Below are positions 10,829 to 21,976 of a stretch of 64,000 nt of DNA, in pieces. How positions within the stretch are numbered: position 1 is the stretch's first letter; the number at the start of each line of letters is the position of its first letter. A program made the translations under genes and the position numbers. Source of the stretch: an uncultured Gemmatimonadaceae bacterium. GTDB lineage: Bacteria > Gemmatimonadota > Gemmatimonadetes > Gemmatimonadales > Gemmatimonadaceae. The stretch spans positions 1-64,000 of the forward strand of contig CAWAGQ010000002.1 of NCBI GenBank assembly GCA_963781585.1. Reading direction: 5' to 3'. The notes under the pieces are model-generated. The model worked only from the letters and a program-made list of their open reading frames with translations, was not told where the DNA came from and made no database searches.

Positions 10829-12022
10829 ATGGTGCGCCATCCGAACGGAGCCTTCGTGACAGCGTTCGCTCAATCCGATCGTGTTGGACGGGCGATTCTG
10901 TCCATCGTGCTGTCGCTGGTGGCCGCCGTTGCGCCCCACGATCTGCGGTCGCAGCGAGTTGTGCGGATCAACGAAGACGTGTCGTGTCGGTCGTGTGAGA
11001 TCGTGCTCACCCCTGGGCCCCGATTGGGTGATGCGGACGGACCGGGGTCGCTGGTGGCAGAACCGAGTAGCCTTGCATCGGATAACCACGGCCGATTCTA
11101 CCTGACTGAGTTCACGACCGCCCAACCGCCGCTGGTCTTCGATTCTCAGGGACGATTCCTGCGGGAGTTGGGCAGACTGGGACCGGGACCCGGTGAGTTC
11201 CTGATGGCGCGCTACCTCGTGGTTGGTGAGAGCGACAGTGTCTACGTGACCGACGCTCAGGCTGGCAGATTGAGCGTGTTCACTCCTGAGCTTTTGTTGG
11301 CGAGATCGGCGTCCGACGCCGGAGTGGCCAGAGGAATGTCGTTCGAAGTGCTGAACAACGGTTCGATCGTCGTCGCAACGGACGTCCTGACGAGAGAACG
11401 CATCGGATTCCCGCTGCATCTATACGGTCCAGGCCTGGAATTCTTGAAGTCGTTTGGTGCCGATACGCCGGCGTTTGATCCGGGTCACCCGCTTCTCTCG
11501 CGCCGGCGTCTGAGCCGCAGCCACGACGGAGGCCTCTGGTCGGCACGAGCGACGGAGTATGTGATCGATCGGTTCGATTCGAACGGGCGTAGGACGTTGC
11601 GCGTGGTGAGGCAGGCGCCGTGGTTCCGCCCCCACCAAGGGCCGAATCTGATCGAGGACCCGGAACCTAAGCCGAGAATCATGGCGATTTCCGAGGACTC
11701 CTTGGGCCGGTTGTGGGTGCTTACGGTTGTCAAGGACGACCGGTGGAAGACGGCACTCGGGTACAATCTGCCCTCTCGGCTTGGAGGGGGACGCTCGCCC
11801 ATGCCGGTTATCGTCGACGAGGACCGCTACTTCGATACGATCATCGAGGTGATCGACGTCGAAAAGGGCAAACTCGTAGCCACACGACGGGTCCCCCAGG
11901 CAATCCCAATCATTGTGGACGAGAAACACGTTGCCAGGCGCCGCGAGGATCGGTCGGGTGCCTACTACATACAGCTCTGGTCGGTGTCTGTCAGAGACAC
12001 CGCGCGTCACACCCCACGGTAA
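10829..12022 (+). CDS. Secreted 6-bladed beta-propeller (NHL/TolB-like) protein
   Basis: Signal peptide, CRSC, GRLGPGPGEF, IGFPLHL, SFG and FDTIIEVID; paralogous to 47549 and 50563. Start may be GTG 10856. Confidence 0.8.
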   Translation: MVRHPNGAFVTAFAQSDRVGRAILSIVLSLVAAVAPHDLRSQRVVRINEDVSCRSCEIVLTPGPRLGDADGPGSLVAEPSSLASDNHGRFYLTEFTTAQPPLVFDSQGRFLRELGRLGPGPGEFLMARYLVVGESDSVYVTDAQAGRLSVFTPELLLARSASDAGVARGMSFEVLNNGSIVVATDVLTRERIGFPLHLYGPGLEFLKSFGADTPAFDPGHPLLSRRRLSRSHDGGLWSARATEYVIDRFDSNGRRTLRVVRQAPWFRPHQGPNLIEDPEPKPRIMAISEDSLGRLWVLTVVKDDRWKTALGYNLPSRLGGGRSPMPVIVDEDRYFDTIIEVIDVEKGKLVATRRVPQAIPIIVDEKHVARRREDRSGAYYIQLWSVSVRDTARHTPR

Positions 12023-12037
12023 CAAGGAGGCAAGATA

Positions 12038-12529
12038 ATGAAGCTCAGATTCTGCTGCACGCTGGGGCTGGCATTCCTCGCAGCGGTTTCGTCGGTGTCC
12101 CTCGGGATGCCGGCGACGAGGGGAGGTGGCATGCCACTTGAGCACGGGCATGCGATGGCACAGTCGTCATGCCAGGGATGGTGCACGATCTGCGATCTGT
12201 TCGAAAACCTGTGGGTCGTCACCCCGTCAGAGTTGCCGAATGACGAAGATCGCAACGTCGTCTGCGGTCACCACGTCCCTTGCCCAAACGATTGCTGGGT
12301 GAGCGCGAACACCAGTGTTGATCGAATTGTTCACGTTGTGGCGAGTGCGGACGACGAGCAGCTTCGGCTCCTCATGCACCAGGTACCGCGGCTCAAGGTC
12401 AACGCAGCGAGGAAGGCGTTGCAGTTGGATGGCTGCCAGCCTGGCACGGTGGTGATGAATCTGCCAATGTCAGAGCACCAAATGGCTATCGCGACCGCCG
12501 ATGTGCGGACGAGGGTTGCACAGCGGTAG
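12038..12529 (+). CDS. Secreted Cys-rich protein: 6-Cys core plus conserved C-terminal domain
   Basis: RBS AAGGAGG and signal peptide; C-terminus aligns with the 48701-49222 product. Confidence 0.75.
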   Translation: MKLRFCCTLGLAFLAAVSSVSLGMPATRGGGMPLEHGHAMAQSSCQGWCTICDLFENLWVVTPSELPNDEDRNVVCGHHVPCPNDCWVSANTSVDRIVHVVASADDEQLRLLMHQVPRLKVNAARKALQLDGCQPGTVVMNLPMSEHQMAIATADVRTRVAQR

Positions 12530-12755
12530 AGCGCTTGGGGCGTGCAGAAGGAAGGCACAAGCGCGGGTGTGGAGCGGCCTCGCGCATCCGCCTGGACGAC
12601 CACGCCGCAGGCGATCGGGCCGACTCGTCAGGCAACGGCCCCGGCTCCCGCCGGGGCCGTCTTGCGCTATGCGGCGAGGTCGCCCGAGAGCGCTGACTAT
12701 TCGCGCCCCCGTGCTCGTCCGCCGCGAGGAATCCACGGCGCTCGACCGCGAGGTC

Positions 12756-13910
12756 TTACCGCCCTCGATGCGGACACTTCTTCCGCGCACTCGTCGAGTC
12801 GAGAGCGAACACCTGCTCCTCGATGAGCACGCACACCACCGTGTCCTGCGCCGCCGAATTCCAGAACCGCGCGCACGTACCGACCTGCCCGCGAGGATCC
12901 GACCCCGGCGTCGCTGACATCCGCACCTGCCAGCACGCCGCCGTCAGATCCTGAATCATGGTCTTCTGGATCACCGACCACGTGGTGTCCTTGAGGTACC
13001 AGATGTACGACGGATGATTCGCGCCCAGCACGGCTGTCGCCGAGGTATCGGTGCCGTAGAGCCTGACGATGGTTGCCGAGTCGACGCCCAGGTATCCCTG
13101 CTTGAAGACCCTGGAGACCCAGTCGCGCGCCGGCGACCCGTAGGCGACCACGGGCCGCGTCGGCGCCCCCTTGGGCGTCGTGCCCCGGAGCAGCAGCTGC
13201 AGCTGCGCCTGCGCGTACGGCACGTACGGCGGCACCGGCAGCGAATTCCCCGACGTATCGGGGGCGGCGATCGGAACCACGTCGACGATCGTCTCGTACA
13301 ACGCCGCGCTGTCGTTCCGCACGCCGTTCACGTTGAGCAGCCCCTGCCAGCGCTCACTGGTGGCGTCGCCCAGGTAATCCATGGTGAGCAGCGCGGTGGT
13401 GGGCGGAAAGTGCAGCAGCTGCACCGAGTGCTGCTGGCGCAACGCGAGGCCTAACGGCAGGAACGAACGCCACGACGCGTGCCATTGCCCGCGGGCCATG
13501 ATCGCCTGCGCGGTGTCCCACGCGATCTTGCCGTTCCGCAGGAATTGCTGGATCAACGACGCGTACTGCTGCGCCCCATCCGCCGTAATGGTGGCGGAGA
13601 ACTGCCCCTTGCTGGACGCGACGGTGACCGTGCCGGTCGAGCCGTCCCGGATCAGCGTGAGGCGGATGTAGTGCTGGATGGTCTGGGCGAGCGTGTAATT
13701 GGAGTCGGGGTTGTTCGGGTACGAGAAGAGGTCGACCAAGGTCGCCGAATCACCCAGTGGGATTTGCACCTTGGGTGTGAAGGTGTTGGAGGCGCTGTCC
13801 GTGCGCGCACCATTGCCGCCGCCGCAGGCGGCGAGGGATGCCGCCGCGATCGACGGTAATACTGCGCGGAAGACGACGCGAACCACGCGCCTGAACGACC
13901 TTCGGTTCAT
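12756..13910 (-). CDS. Lipoprotein of unknown function
   Basis: Lipobox LAAC; long ORF with native-looking codon usage; VVAYG..A and NHPS motifs. Confidence 0.7.
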   Translation of the reverse strand: MNRRSFRRVVRVVFRAVLPSIAAASLAACGGGNGARTDSASNTFTPKVQIPLGDSATLVDLFSYPNNPDSNYTLAQTIQHYIRLTLIRDGSTGTVTVASSKGQFSATITADGAQQYASLIQQFLRNGKIAWDTAQAIMARGQWHASWRSFLPLGLALRQQHSVQLLHFPPTTALLTMDYLGDATSERWQGLLNVNGVRNDSAALYETIVDVVPIAAPDTSGNSLPVPPYVPYAQAQLQLLLRGTTPKGAPTRPVVAYGSPARDWVSRVFKQGYLGVDSATIVRLYGTDTSATAVLGANHPSYIWYLKDTTWSVIQKTMIQDLTAACWQVRMSATPGSDPRGQVGTCARFWNSAAQDTVVCVLIEEQVFALDSTSARKKCPHRGR

Positions 13911-14037
13911 TGGGGCTCCCAAGATCAGCAGGTATCGGCGGTCAGCAGCTCACGCTCAGCGGTCGGCTTTCTCCACACAGATGCCAGCGCTCGGCCGGAC
14001 CGCCGAAAGGTGTCGCCATTGCCGGGAAGCTGCCAGT

Positions 14038-15723
14038 TCACAGCTCACGGCTGCGAGCCAATTCGCTGATCGCTGATCGCTGCCCTGACCCTTCAGCCTC
14101 GATCCCGAACACCTCTTCGACCTCTCGCATGTACGCCTGCACTTCCGACGCCTGCCGCGCCGCGTCCCACGCCAGCCGCGCCCCCACCAGCCCCGCCACC
14201 AGCGGCGCCAGCGACACCCCCTGATCCCGTGACTCGAACGCCACGTGGGTCCGCCGGATCAGCAGATCGCCTAACGTGAGCGCCATCTCGCGTTCCACGG
14301 CGTAGACGAACTCGGCCCCGATCTCCGGCCCGTCGGCGCTCACCGGTTCGCCCAGCACCGGCTCGTTCACCGCGATCTCCCACACCAGGGGCCACCGCGT
14401 GCCGTAGACGGCCAGGAGCCGCTCGCGGGCCGCCGCCGGCATCGGGACCGCGACCGCATCGGCCATCAGCTCCGACGCCGGCCTCTCGCCCCCCGGGAGC
14501 GGCACGTGCGCTGTCACGCAGCGCTGCACCAGCGGTCGCCCCACCGCGTCCACCACGTGGTCCACCACTTCCTCGGCCACCGCCCGATACGTCGTCAGTT
14601 TTCCGCCGGTCACGCTCACCACCCCCCGCGCGCCGGTGGTGATGGCGTGCTCGCGCGAAGCCGACGACGGGTCCTCGCCCGCGAGGCCGGCCGCCAGCGG
14701 CCGGATGCCGGCCCACGCCCCGATCACGTCGCGTTCAACCAGCGCTGCGCCGGGGAAATAGCGGTTGGCGGCCGTGAGCAGGTAGGCCACGTCCTCGCGG
14801 GTCGCGCGCGCCTCCGCCGGCCCCGCCGGTGCGACGGTCTCCGTGGTCCCGATAATCGTCCGCGCCCCGGCGGGGAGCGTGAACATCACCCGGCCGTCGG
14901 CCGGATGCAGCATGGTGACCGCCTGACGATTCCCCACCCGCGCGCGCGGTACGGCGATGTGGGCGCCCTTGGAGCCGAGGATGGCCGGACGCGCGGCCGG
15001 CTGCTCCTCGCGCTGCAGGGCGTCGGTCCAGGGGCCGGTGGCGTTCACCAGCATGCGAGCCCGGACGTCGAAGGTGCGATTCGTCAGCGCGTCGACCACC
15101 GTGACCCCGGTTGCCTGTCGTCCGGCGCCGACCAGTCCGGTCACCTTGCAGTAGTTGGCGACCGCCGCTCCCGCCTCCACGGCCGCGACCACGTTGGCGA
15201 GCGTGAGCCGGGCGTCGTCGGTGGCCGCGTCGAAGTACATCGCGCCGCCTAACAAGTCGTCGGCTCGCAGCGCCGGCTCGCGGTCCAGCACCTCCCTCCG
15301 ATTCAGCCGCTCGTGCTGGGCCACGTTGCGAAAGAGGGCCAGCGTGTCGTAGAGTGCGAGGCCGGTGATGAGCATCGGGCGCGAGATCCGCGCGCCGCGA
15401 TACACCGGCCAGGTGAAGGCGAGCGGATGCACGAGGTGGGGGGCCATGTCGAGCAGAATGCGCCGCTCCCGGCTCGACTCGAAGACCAGATGCAGGTGCC
15501 CATGCTCCAGATAGCGCACACCGCCGTGCACCAGCCGCGACGACCGGCTCGACGTCCCGCTGGCGAAATCGCGCTGCTCCACCAGTGCGGTGCGCAGGCC
15601 GCGCAGCGCCGCATCCCGCGCGATCCCCGCGCCGCTGATGCCCCCGCCGATCACCAGGAGATCGAAGGGCTCGGTCGCAAGCCGCTCGATGGTCGTGGCC
15701 CGACGCTCGACCGCGGGAATCAC
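14038..15723 (-). CDS. glpD: FAD-dependent glycerol-3-phosphate dehydrogenase
   Basis: DLLVIGGGISGAGIARDAALRG, GTSSRSSRLVHGGVRYLE, VNATGPW and GGKLTTYR motifs. Confidence 0.9.
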   Translation of the reverse strand: MIPAVERRATTIERLATEPFDLLVIGGGISGAGIARDAALRGLRTALVEQRDFASGTSSRSSRLVHGGVRYLEHGHLHLVFESSRERRILLDMAPHLVHPLAFTWPVYRGARISRPMLITGLALYDTLALFRNVAQHERLNRREVLDREPALRADDLLGGAMYFDAATDDARLTLANVVAAVEAGAAVANYCKVTGLVGAGRQATGVTVVDALTNRTFDVRARMLVNATGPWTDALQREEQPAARPAILGSKGAHIAVPRARVGNRQAVTMLHPADGRVMFTLPAGARTIIGTTETVAPAGPAEARATREDVAYLLTAANRYFPGAALVERDVIGAWAGIRPLAAGLAGEDPSSASREHAITTGARGVVSVTGGKLTTYRAVAEEVVDHVVDAVGRPLVQRCVTAHVPLPGGERPASELMADAVAVPMPAAARERLLAVYGTRWPLVWEIAVNEPVLGEPVSADGPEIGAEFVYAVEREMALTLGDLLIRRTHVAFESRDQGVSLAPLVAGLVGARLAWDAARQASEVQAYMREVEEVFGIEAEGSGQRSAISELARSREL

Positions 15724-15728
15724 GGGCG

Positions 15729-16331
15729 ATGAGCGACGAACTGAGCGACCGCGAGCGCTGGGCGGCGCGGTACGCCGCGAACATCGCCGACGAGCGGCCG
15801 CCCTCCGAGTGGGTTCTGGCCGCCTGCCAGCACATTCCGCGGGACTGGCTGATTCTCGATCTCGCCGCGGGAGCCGGCCGCAACGCCATGGCACTCGTGC
15901 GCGATGGACATAGCACGGTGGCGCTGGACTTCGTGGAGGAGGCGATCCGGCACGCGGCGGCCGCGAACGAGCTGGTTCACGGCGTGGTGGCCGACGCGCG
16001 ATCGCTGCCGATCAGGCCTGGATCGGTCGACGCCATCGTCTGTACGAATTTCCTGGTGCGGCCGCTGTTCGAGGATATCAAAGCGCTCCTCAAGCCGGGC
16101 GGGTTTCTGGTTTACGAAACCTACACCCTCGAACACCGAACGCTGGTGGAAGCGGGACTCGCCCGCGCACCCCGGTCGCCCGAGTACCTGCTTCAGCCTG
16201 GCGAACTCCTTCGCCTCGTCGCGCCGCTCGAGATCATCGATCAGCGCGAGGGCCACGTGCGCGATACGGCCGGAGAGCGCTACTGCGCATCCGTTGTCGC
16301 GCGGAAGCGCACCGCGGATTCCGTGAAGTAA
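15729..16331 (+). CDS. Class I SAM-dependent methyltransferase (TehB-like)
   Basis: ILDLAAGAGRNA and LKPGGFLVYET motifs. Confidence 0.85.
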   Translation: MSDELSDRERWAARYAANIADERPPSEWVLAACQHIPRDWLILDLAAGAGRNAMALVRDGHSTVALDFVEEAIRHAAAANELVHGVVADARSLPIRPGSVDAIVCTNFLVRPLFEDIKALLKPGGFLVYETYTLEHRTLVEAGLARAPRSPEYLLQPGELLRLVAPLEIIDQREGHVRDTAGERYCASVVARKRTADSVK

Positions 16332-16451
16332 CGACACATCGCGGCAGCGGTGACGCCACCGCGAGGAGCGGCCGCCACCTGCCGCTGCATCACGCGGCTT
16401 CTTGGCGCAGAGCCGCGCCCACGACGTGCGCGACCCTCCGCAGTACGGGTC

Positions 16452-17351
16452 TCAGCGGTTCCCGTACGGCTTCGGCGGAACGGTCTGCAGATACGACCAG
16501 ACCGCGCGGATCTCGTCATCCGTCATCTCCCGCGTCAGCGGCCAAGGCATGCCCGTCGAGTCGATCGCCGTACCGTCCGGTCGCTTCCCTTCACGCAATG
16601 CCCGGAAGAACGCGGCCTCATCGTACGCCTTCAGGCCCTCCGGCGTGATATTCGCCGGGGGACGCGGCGACGGCGGGCCGTTCTCCATCGGTCCGCCCGA
16701 GAGCGTCTCGCCGTGACAATACCGGCAGCCCCCCACGGTGACGAGATACTCCCCATACTCCGCCGTGGGACCGGCCGGAGGCGCCGGAGGCGCCTTCTTG
16801 TCGTGATCGATGGCAAACGCCTCCTGCGCGGCATCGAGCTTTCCGAGTGCCAGCAGGACGCGACCCACGGGACCAAAGCTCGGCCGCGGATGCTCGCGAT
16901 CGACTGGCGGCACGCTCCGCACGTACGCGATGATCGCTTCCACGTCCGCGTCGCTCAGGCGGTGGTACATTGCCGACGGCATGAGGAAGAGCGGCCGCCC
17001 ATCCGCCGCCACGCCGTCACGAATGGCGTTGACCCACTGCCCGGCCGAGAGGTTGAATCCGAATCCCCCGCGGCCGCCCGTCAGGTTTGCGCTCGCGATC
17101 CGGGCGAACATCCCGTCGTTGATCATCGTCCGGCCGCCCAGATCATCGCCATGGCACGCGACGCACTTGCTGATCGCCCGTGCCAGGTGCTTCCCACGCT
17201 CGATCGAGGCGCTATCGGTCGCTACCGTGATGCTCGGCTCCTTCACCGTGATCCGGCGCGTCAGCTTCTGCGCCGAGACCGCGTAGAAGGTGAGGACAGC
17301 CAGGACGAGCACCACCGCGATGCTGCCGAGGATCCGGAGAAGGAGTCGCAT
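16452..17351 (-). CDS. Membrane-anchored diheme c-type cytochrome
   Basis: CVACH and CRYCH heme motifs, ANLT/ANITP and MP motifs, N-terminal TM helix. Confidence 0.9.
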   Translation of the reverse strand: MRLLLRILGSIAVVLVLAVLTFYAVSAQKLTRRITVKEPSITVATDSASIERGKHLARAISKCVACHGDDLGGRTMINDGMFARIASANLTGGRGGFGFNLSAGQWVNAIRDGVAADGRPLFLMPSAMYHRLSDADVEAIIAYVRSVPPVDREHPRPSFGPVGRVLLALGKLDAAQEAFAIDHDKKAPPAPPAGPTAEYGEYLVTVGGCRYCHGETLSGGPMENGPPSPRPPANITPEGLKAYDEAAFFRALREGKRPDGTAIDSTGMPWPLTREMTDDEIRAVWSYLQTVPPKPYGNR

Positions 17352-17590
17352 AAGTCGAATGAGGGAGTTCGGGTTGCGGTTTGAGGCGACGGTTGTGGGC
17401 CAGCCACGCCAGCTCGTCGCGCGTCCGATGGCTGGAGAGGCCGGCGCATCGAACGCGCGCTCCGTGGAGGCGGGCCCTTCGCGAAATTTTCCCGCGCATC
17501 ATGCATCGCGGAAACGAGAATGCAAGAGCCAGGGGGCCGAGACGTGTCACGACCCCTCGCAGGGGCCGGACCCGCCGGCCGGTACCCGCC

Positions 17591-17682
17591 AGCTGAAACC
17601 TGATAGCTGATAGCTGATTATGGCTGATAGCTCATCGCTGATTCCTGATAGCTGATCGCTGACGGCTGATATCGCTGATAGC
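17591..17682. repeat. Degenerate heptamer repeat (GCTGATA) immediately upstream of fadI
   Basis: About 12 imperfect units read directly. Confidence 0.8.
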
Positions 17683-17690
17683 TTTCCCCA

Positions 17691-18974
17691 ATGCCCAACG
17701 GACGTCGCGTCGCCATCGTCGCCGGCATCCGCACGCCGTTCGCCCGCGCCGGGACGGCCCTCAAGTCGCTTTCCGCCATCGAACTCGGCCGCCTCTGCGT
17801 GGCGGAGCTCATGCAACGCACCGACCTCGACGGCCACACCGTCGATGCCCTCATCTTCGGTACCGTCGTCCCGTCGGTGCTCGCCCCCAACATCGCGCGC
17901 GAAGTCGCCCTGCTTCCGCATCTCCCCAAGGGCGTTCAGGCGTTTACCGTCGGTCGCGCCTGCGCGTCAGCGAACCAGGCCATCACAGACGCGGCCGACC
18001 AGATCACCCTCGGCCACGCCGACGTCGTGATCGCGGGAGGCGCCGAGGCGCTGTCGAGCGTCCCCATCCTGCATTCGCGCGGCTTCGCCGACGCCCTGGT
18101 CAACGCGTCGCGCGCCAAGACCCTCGGCGCGCGCCTTCGCGCGCTGGCGGCCATCCGCCCGCGCGATCTGATCCCCATCACGCCGGCCATTGCCGAGCGC
18201 ACCACCGGGGAGACGATGGGACAGTCGGCCGAGAAGATGGCCAAGATCAACCACATTCCCCGCGAGGAGCAGGACCAGTTCGCGCTGCGCTCGCACCGCC
18301 TCGCCCAGGCCGGCACCGCCGATGGCCGCCTCACCGCCGAGATCATGCCCGTCTGGGTGCCGCCGCATAACGCGACCGTGCTCGCGTCGGACAACGGCAT
18401 CCGCGAAGACACCACCATCGAGAAGCTCCGCGCTCTTCCTCCGGTCTTCGATCGCCGGTACGGCACTGTCACCGCCGGCAACTCCTCGCCGCTCACCGAC
18501 GGCGCCGCCGCCCTCATCCTCATGAGCGAGCAGCGAGCGCACGAACTCGGCTTCCCCCCGCTAGGCTTCATCCGCTCGTACGCCTATGCGGCACTTGACC
18601 CCGGCGAACAGCTCCTGATGGCGCCGGTGCTGGCGGCCCCGGTCGCGCTCCAGCGGGCCGGCCTCACCCTGCGCGACATGGACCTGGTGGAGATGCACGA
18701 GGCCTTTGCCGCCCAGGTGCTGTCGAACCTGCGCGGCTTCGAGTCGCGTGACTGGGCCAGGCGCGGCGGATTCGACGAACCGGTGGGCGAAGTGGACTTC
18801 GCGAAGCTCAACGTGATGGGCGGATCGATCGCCATCGGCCACCCGTTCGGCGCCACCGGCGCGCGCATCACCCTGACGCTGGTCAACGAACTCGCCCGGC
18901 GCGGAGGACAGTTCGGCCTCATGACCGTCTGCGCCGCCGGCGGAATGGGCTTCGCGATGGTGGTGGAACGATGA
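17691..18974 (+). CDS. fadI: 3-ketoacyl-CoA thiolase (FadI type)
   Basis: RACAS, EMHEAFAAQ, GHPFGATG and CAAGG motifs; PNIAREV is typical of FadI. Confidence 0.9.
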   Translation: MPNGRRVAIVAGIRTPFARAGTALKSLSAIELGRLCVAELMQRTDLDGHTVDALIFGTVVPSVLAPNIAREVALLPHLPKGVQAFTVGRACASANQAITDAADQITLGHADVVIAGGAEALSSVPILHSRGFADALVNASRAKTLGARLRALAAIRPRDLIPITPAIAERTTGETMGQSAEKMAKINHIPREEQDQFALRSHRLAQAGTADGRLTAEIMPVWVPPHNATVLASDNGIREDTTIEKLRALPPVFDRRYGTVTAGNSSPLTDGAAALILMSEQRAHELGFPPLGFIRSYAYAALDPGEQLLMAPVLAAPVALQRAGLTLRDMDLVEMHEAFAAQVLSNLRGFESRDWARRGGFDEPVGEVDFAKLNVMGGSIAIGHPFGATGARITLTLVNELARRGGQFGLMTVCAAGGMGFAMVVER

Positions 18975-21124
18975 GCGCCCTGAGCGTCACGATGGACGAG
19001 GGCATCGCCGTCGTCACCTTCGATATCCCCGGCGAGCCGGTCAACATCATTTCGCGCCCCGTGAAGGACGAGTTCCTCGCCCTCTTCGAGCGCCTCGAGT
19101 CGGATGACACCGTGCGCGCCGCCGTGCTCGTGAGCGGGAAGCCCAACTCGTTCATCGCCGGCGCCGACATCGAGGAATTCCTCGAGTGGACCCAGGCCGC
19201 ACAGGCTGAGGCGGTGAGCCGCGATGGGCACGCCATCCTCGATCGCCTGGAGCGCCTGCGCACGCCGGTGGTTGCCGCCATCCACGGCGCGTGTCTGGGG
19301 GGCGGCCTCGAGACGGTCCTCGCCTGCGCCCATCGCGTCGCGACCGATCATCCGAAGACCGTGCTCGCGCTGCCGGAGGTGCAGATCGGACTCTTCCCCG
19401 GTGCCGGTGGCACCCAGCGCCTGCCGCGCACCGTGGGGCTCCAGGCCGCGCTCGACATGATCCTCACGGGACGCAACGTCCCGGCCAGGAAAGCGCTCCG
19501 CATCGGTCTCATTCACGACCTGGTGCACCCGGCCATCCTTCTCGAGATCGCCGTCAGGCGCGCTCGCGAGATCGCCGACGGTAGCCGCCGCCGCAACGCC
19601 AACACCCGTCCGCGCGGATGGTTGAATGTGCTCCTCGACGACAATCCGTTCGGCCGCGCGTTCGTCATGCGTCAGGCGCGCCAGCGCGTGCTCAAGACCA
19701 CGGGCGGTCACTACCCGGCACCCCTCGCGGCGCTCGACGCCGTGAGCGCCGGCTACGACTCCCGCGAGCGCGGATTTCGTGAGGAGGCCCGGCTCTTTGG
19801 CGAGATGGCGATGACCCAGGTATGTCGGGAACTGATCTTCCTGTTCTTCGCCACCACCGCCCTCAAGAAGGATCCGGGTGTTCCTGCCCCGGCGCCCGCG
19901 CCACTCCCCATCCACAAGATTGGCGTGCTGGGCGCCGGCTTCATGGGCTCGGCGATCGCCGCCGTCGCCGCGTTGCAGGAGACGATGGTGCGACTCAAAG
20001 ACGCCGATCTGGCGCGAGTGGGACATGGTCTCGACGCGGCGCGCGGGATCCTCCGTGACCGCTTCGTGAAGAAGCGCCTGACTCGCCAGGAGTTCGACGA
20101 TCGGCTGTCGCTCATCGGCGGAGCTACCGACTACTCCGGATTCCACAGCGTCGATCTGGTGATCGAGGCGGTGTTCGAGGATCTCTCCGTGAAGCAGGCG
20201 GTGGTCCGTGAAGTGGAGGCAGTGATTCCCGGGCACGCCATTGTCGCGTCGAACACCAGCACCATCCCGATCGCGCGCATCGCCGAGGCGTCGAATCGGC
20301 CGGAGCGCGTTCTGGGGATGCACTTCTTCTCGCCGGTTCAGAAGATGCCGCTCCTCGAGGTGATCGTCACGCCGGAGACGCTCCCCGAGGTCACGGCGAC
20401 GGCGGTGAGTTTCGGCAAGAAGCTCGGGAAGACCGTGATCGTCGTAAATGACTCCCCGGGTTTCTACGTCAATCGGATTCTCGCCCCGTACCTCAACGAA
20501 GCAGGACGCCTCCTCGACGCCGGCGCCGCGATCGACCTGGTGGACAAGGCACTGGCGGACTTCGGCTTCCCGGTGGGTCCGATCACGCTGCTCGACGAAG
20601 TCGGCCTCGACGTTGCCGGGAAGTCGGGCGCCATCTTCGCGGAGGCGTTCGGCGACCGGATGGCGCCATCACAGGCTTTGCGGCGCGTGGTGGAGTCGGG
20701 CCGGCTCGGGCGGAAGGGCAAGCAGGGCTTCTACTTGTATGATGCGGAGGGGAAGAAAGGCGGCGTGGACGAGAGCATCTATCAGATCATCCGACCTGAC
20801 ACGCCCCACGCCGAAATCCCGACAACGGAGATCCAGCAGCGGTGCGTACTTGCCATGGTGAATGAAGCGGTCCGGTGTCTGGAAGACGGAATCATCCGGC
20901 TACCGCGGGACGGCGACGTCGGGGCCGTGTTCGGGATCGGGTTCCCGGCATTTCGTGGGGGCCCGTTCCGGTACGTGGATGCCGCGGGGGCAGACCGAAT
21001 CGTCAAGCAGCTGGAGGATCTGGACGTCCGGTTCGCGGCACGGTTCACGCCGGGCGAGCGGCTCGTGCAGATGGCGCGTCGGGGAGAGCGGTTCTACCCG
21101 GCGACCGGGCGCCCGGTCGCCTAA
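18971..21124 (+). CDS. fadJ: Fatty acid oxidation complex alpha subunit (enoyl-CoA hydratase / 3-hydroxyacyl-CoA dehydrogenase)
   Basis: [36 protein letters not shown] and GMHFFSPV motifs. Confidence 0.92.
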   Translation: MSALSVTMDEGIAVVTFDIPGEPVNIISRPVKDEFLALFERLESDDTVRAAVLVSGKPNSFIAGADIEEFLEWTQAAQAEAVSRDGHAILDRLERLRTPVVAAIHGACLGGGLETVLACAHRVATDHPKTVLALPEVQIGLFPGAGGTQRLPRTVGLQAALDMILTGRNVPARKALRIGLIHDLVHPAILLEIAVRRAREIADGSRRRNANTRPRGWLNVLLDDNPFGRAFVMRQARQRVLKTTGGHYPAPLAALDAVSAGYDSRERGFREEARLFGEMAMTQVCRELIFLFFATTALKKDPGVPAPAPAPLPIHKIGVLGAGFMGSAIAAVAALQETMVRLKDADLARVGHGLDAARGILRDRFVKKRLTRQEFDDRLSLIGGATDYSGFHSVDLVIEAVFEDLSVKQAVVREVEAVIPGHAIVASNTSTIPIARIAEASNRPERVLGMHFFSPVQKMPLLEVIVTPETLPEVTATAVSFGKKLGKTVIVVNDSPGFYVNRILAPYLNEAGRLLDAGAAIDLVDKALADFGFPVGPITLLDEVGLDVAGKSGAIFAEAFGDRMAPSQALRRVVESGRLGRKGKQGFYLYDAEGKKGGVDESIYQIIRPDTPHAEIPTTEIQQRCVLAMVNEAVRCLEDGIIRLPRDGDVGAVFGIGFPAFRGGPFRYVDAAGADRIVKQLEDLDVRFAARFTPGERLVQMARRGERFYPATGRPVA

Positions 21125-21403
21125 CGAGCGGGTGCCGGGGAGGTCGACCGTCGCTCCGGGCTTGCGGGCTCGAGTGTGACCCACGCACTCGACCGCATGG
21201 GATGTGGGCGACAGATTGGATGCCTCCGCCGGCACCAACGCGGGAATCGGACGGGTGGAAACGGGGCACTGGAAGCACGCTGAGCGAGGGACGACGGTGG
21301 AGCTGCGCGTAACACATAACGCATTGCCAGAAACTGGGTTACACGGCCAGGTCGTTTGCATGGCCTGTTGCCTGTGGCCTGTGGCCCCTGGCCCCGTTGA
21401 CGC

Positions 21404-21976
21404 ATGACTCCTTTGCGGGGTCTACCTATTCAGACAACTGACGGCGATGCCGCTGTCGTGGCGCGTGTCCTGGCGGGTGATACTGCCGCCTACGCCACGC
21501 TGGTAGCGCGGTACCGGGCACAGTTCGCGCGGTATGCGGTACGAATGCTCGGCAACCGGGAGGATGCGGAGGAGGCGCTGCAGGATGCCTTCATCCGGGC
21601 CTATCGGTCGCTGGGGAAGTGCGACGATCCCGAGCGGTTCGGATCGTGGCTCTTCCGGATTCTCGGTAATCGATGTCGGACGGTCGGGACGAGGCGGGGG
21701 CGACGGGAAAAGACGTTCGTGCGCGACGATATCGCGCTTCTCGACGCTTCCGAGGAGCACCCGGCCGAGCAGAACGCGTGGCGGGAGGAGATTCAGCGAG
21801 CACTGATGCTGCTCGACAGCGATCAGCGCGAGGCGTTTCTCCTCAAACATGTGGAAGAGCTGGGGTACGAGGAAATCGCCGCCATGACCGGAGTTCGGGT
21901 GTCGGCGCTCAAGATGCGGGTCAAACGAGCCTGCGAGCGGCTGAAGGGTCTGCTCCAGGAGGTTCAGGGTGTCTGA
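21404..21976 (+). CDS. ECF sigma factor
   Basis: DAEEALQDAF, FGSWLFRI and region-4 HTH (YEEIAAMTG...KMRVKRA). Confidence 0.9.
   Translation: MTPLRGLPIQTTDGDAAVVARVLAGDTAAYATLVARYRAQFARYAVRMLGNREDAEEALQDAFIRAYRSLGKCDDPERFGSWLFRILGNRCRTVGTRRGRREKTFVRDDIALLDASEEHPAEQNAWREEIQRALMLLDSDQREAFLLKHVEELGYEEIAAMTGVRVSALKMRVKRACERLKGLLQEVQGV

Noticed and set aside
21125..21403. Small ORF containing GTTVELRV, resembling a histidine-kinase C-terminus
   Set aside because: Too short, with no other HATPase motifs; more likely promoter region or an unrecognisable remnant.
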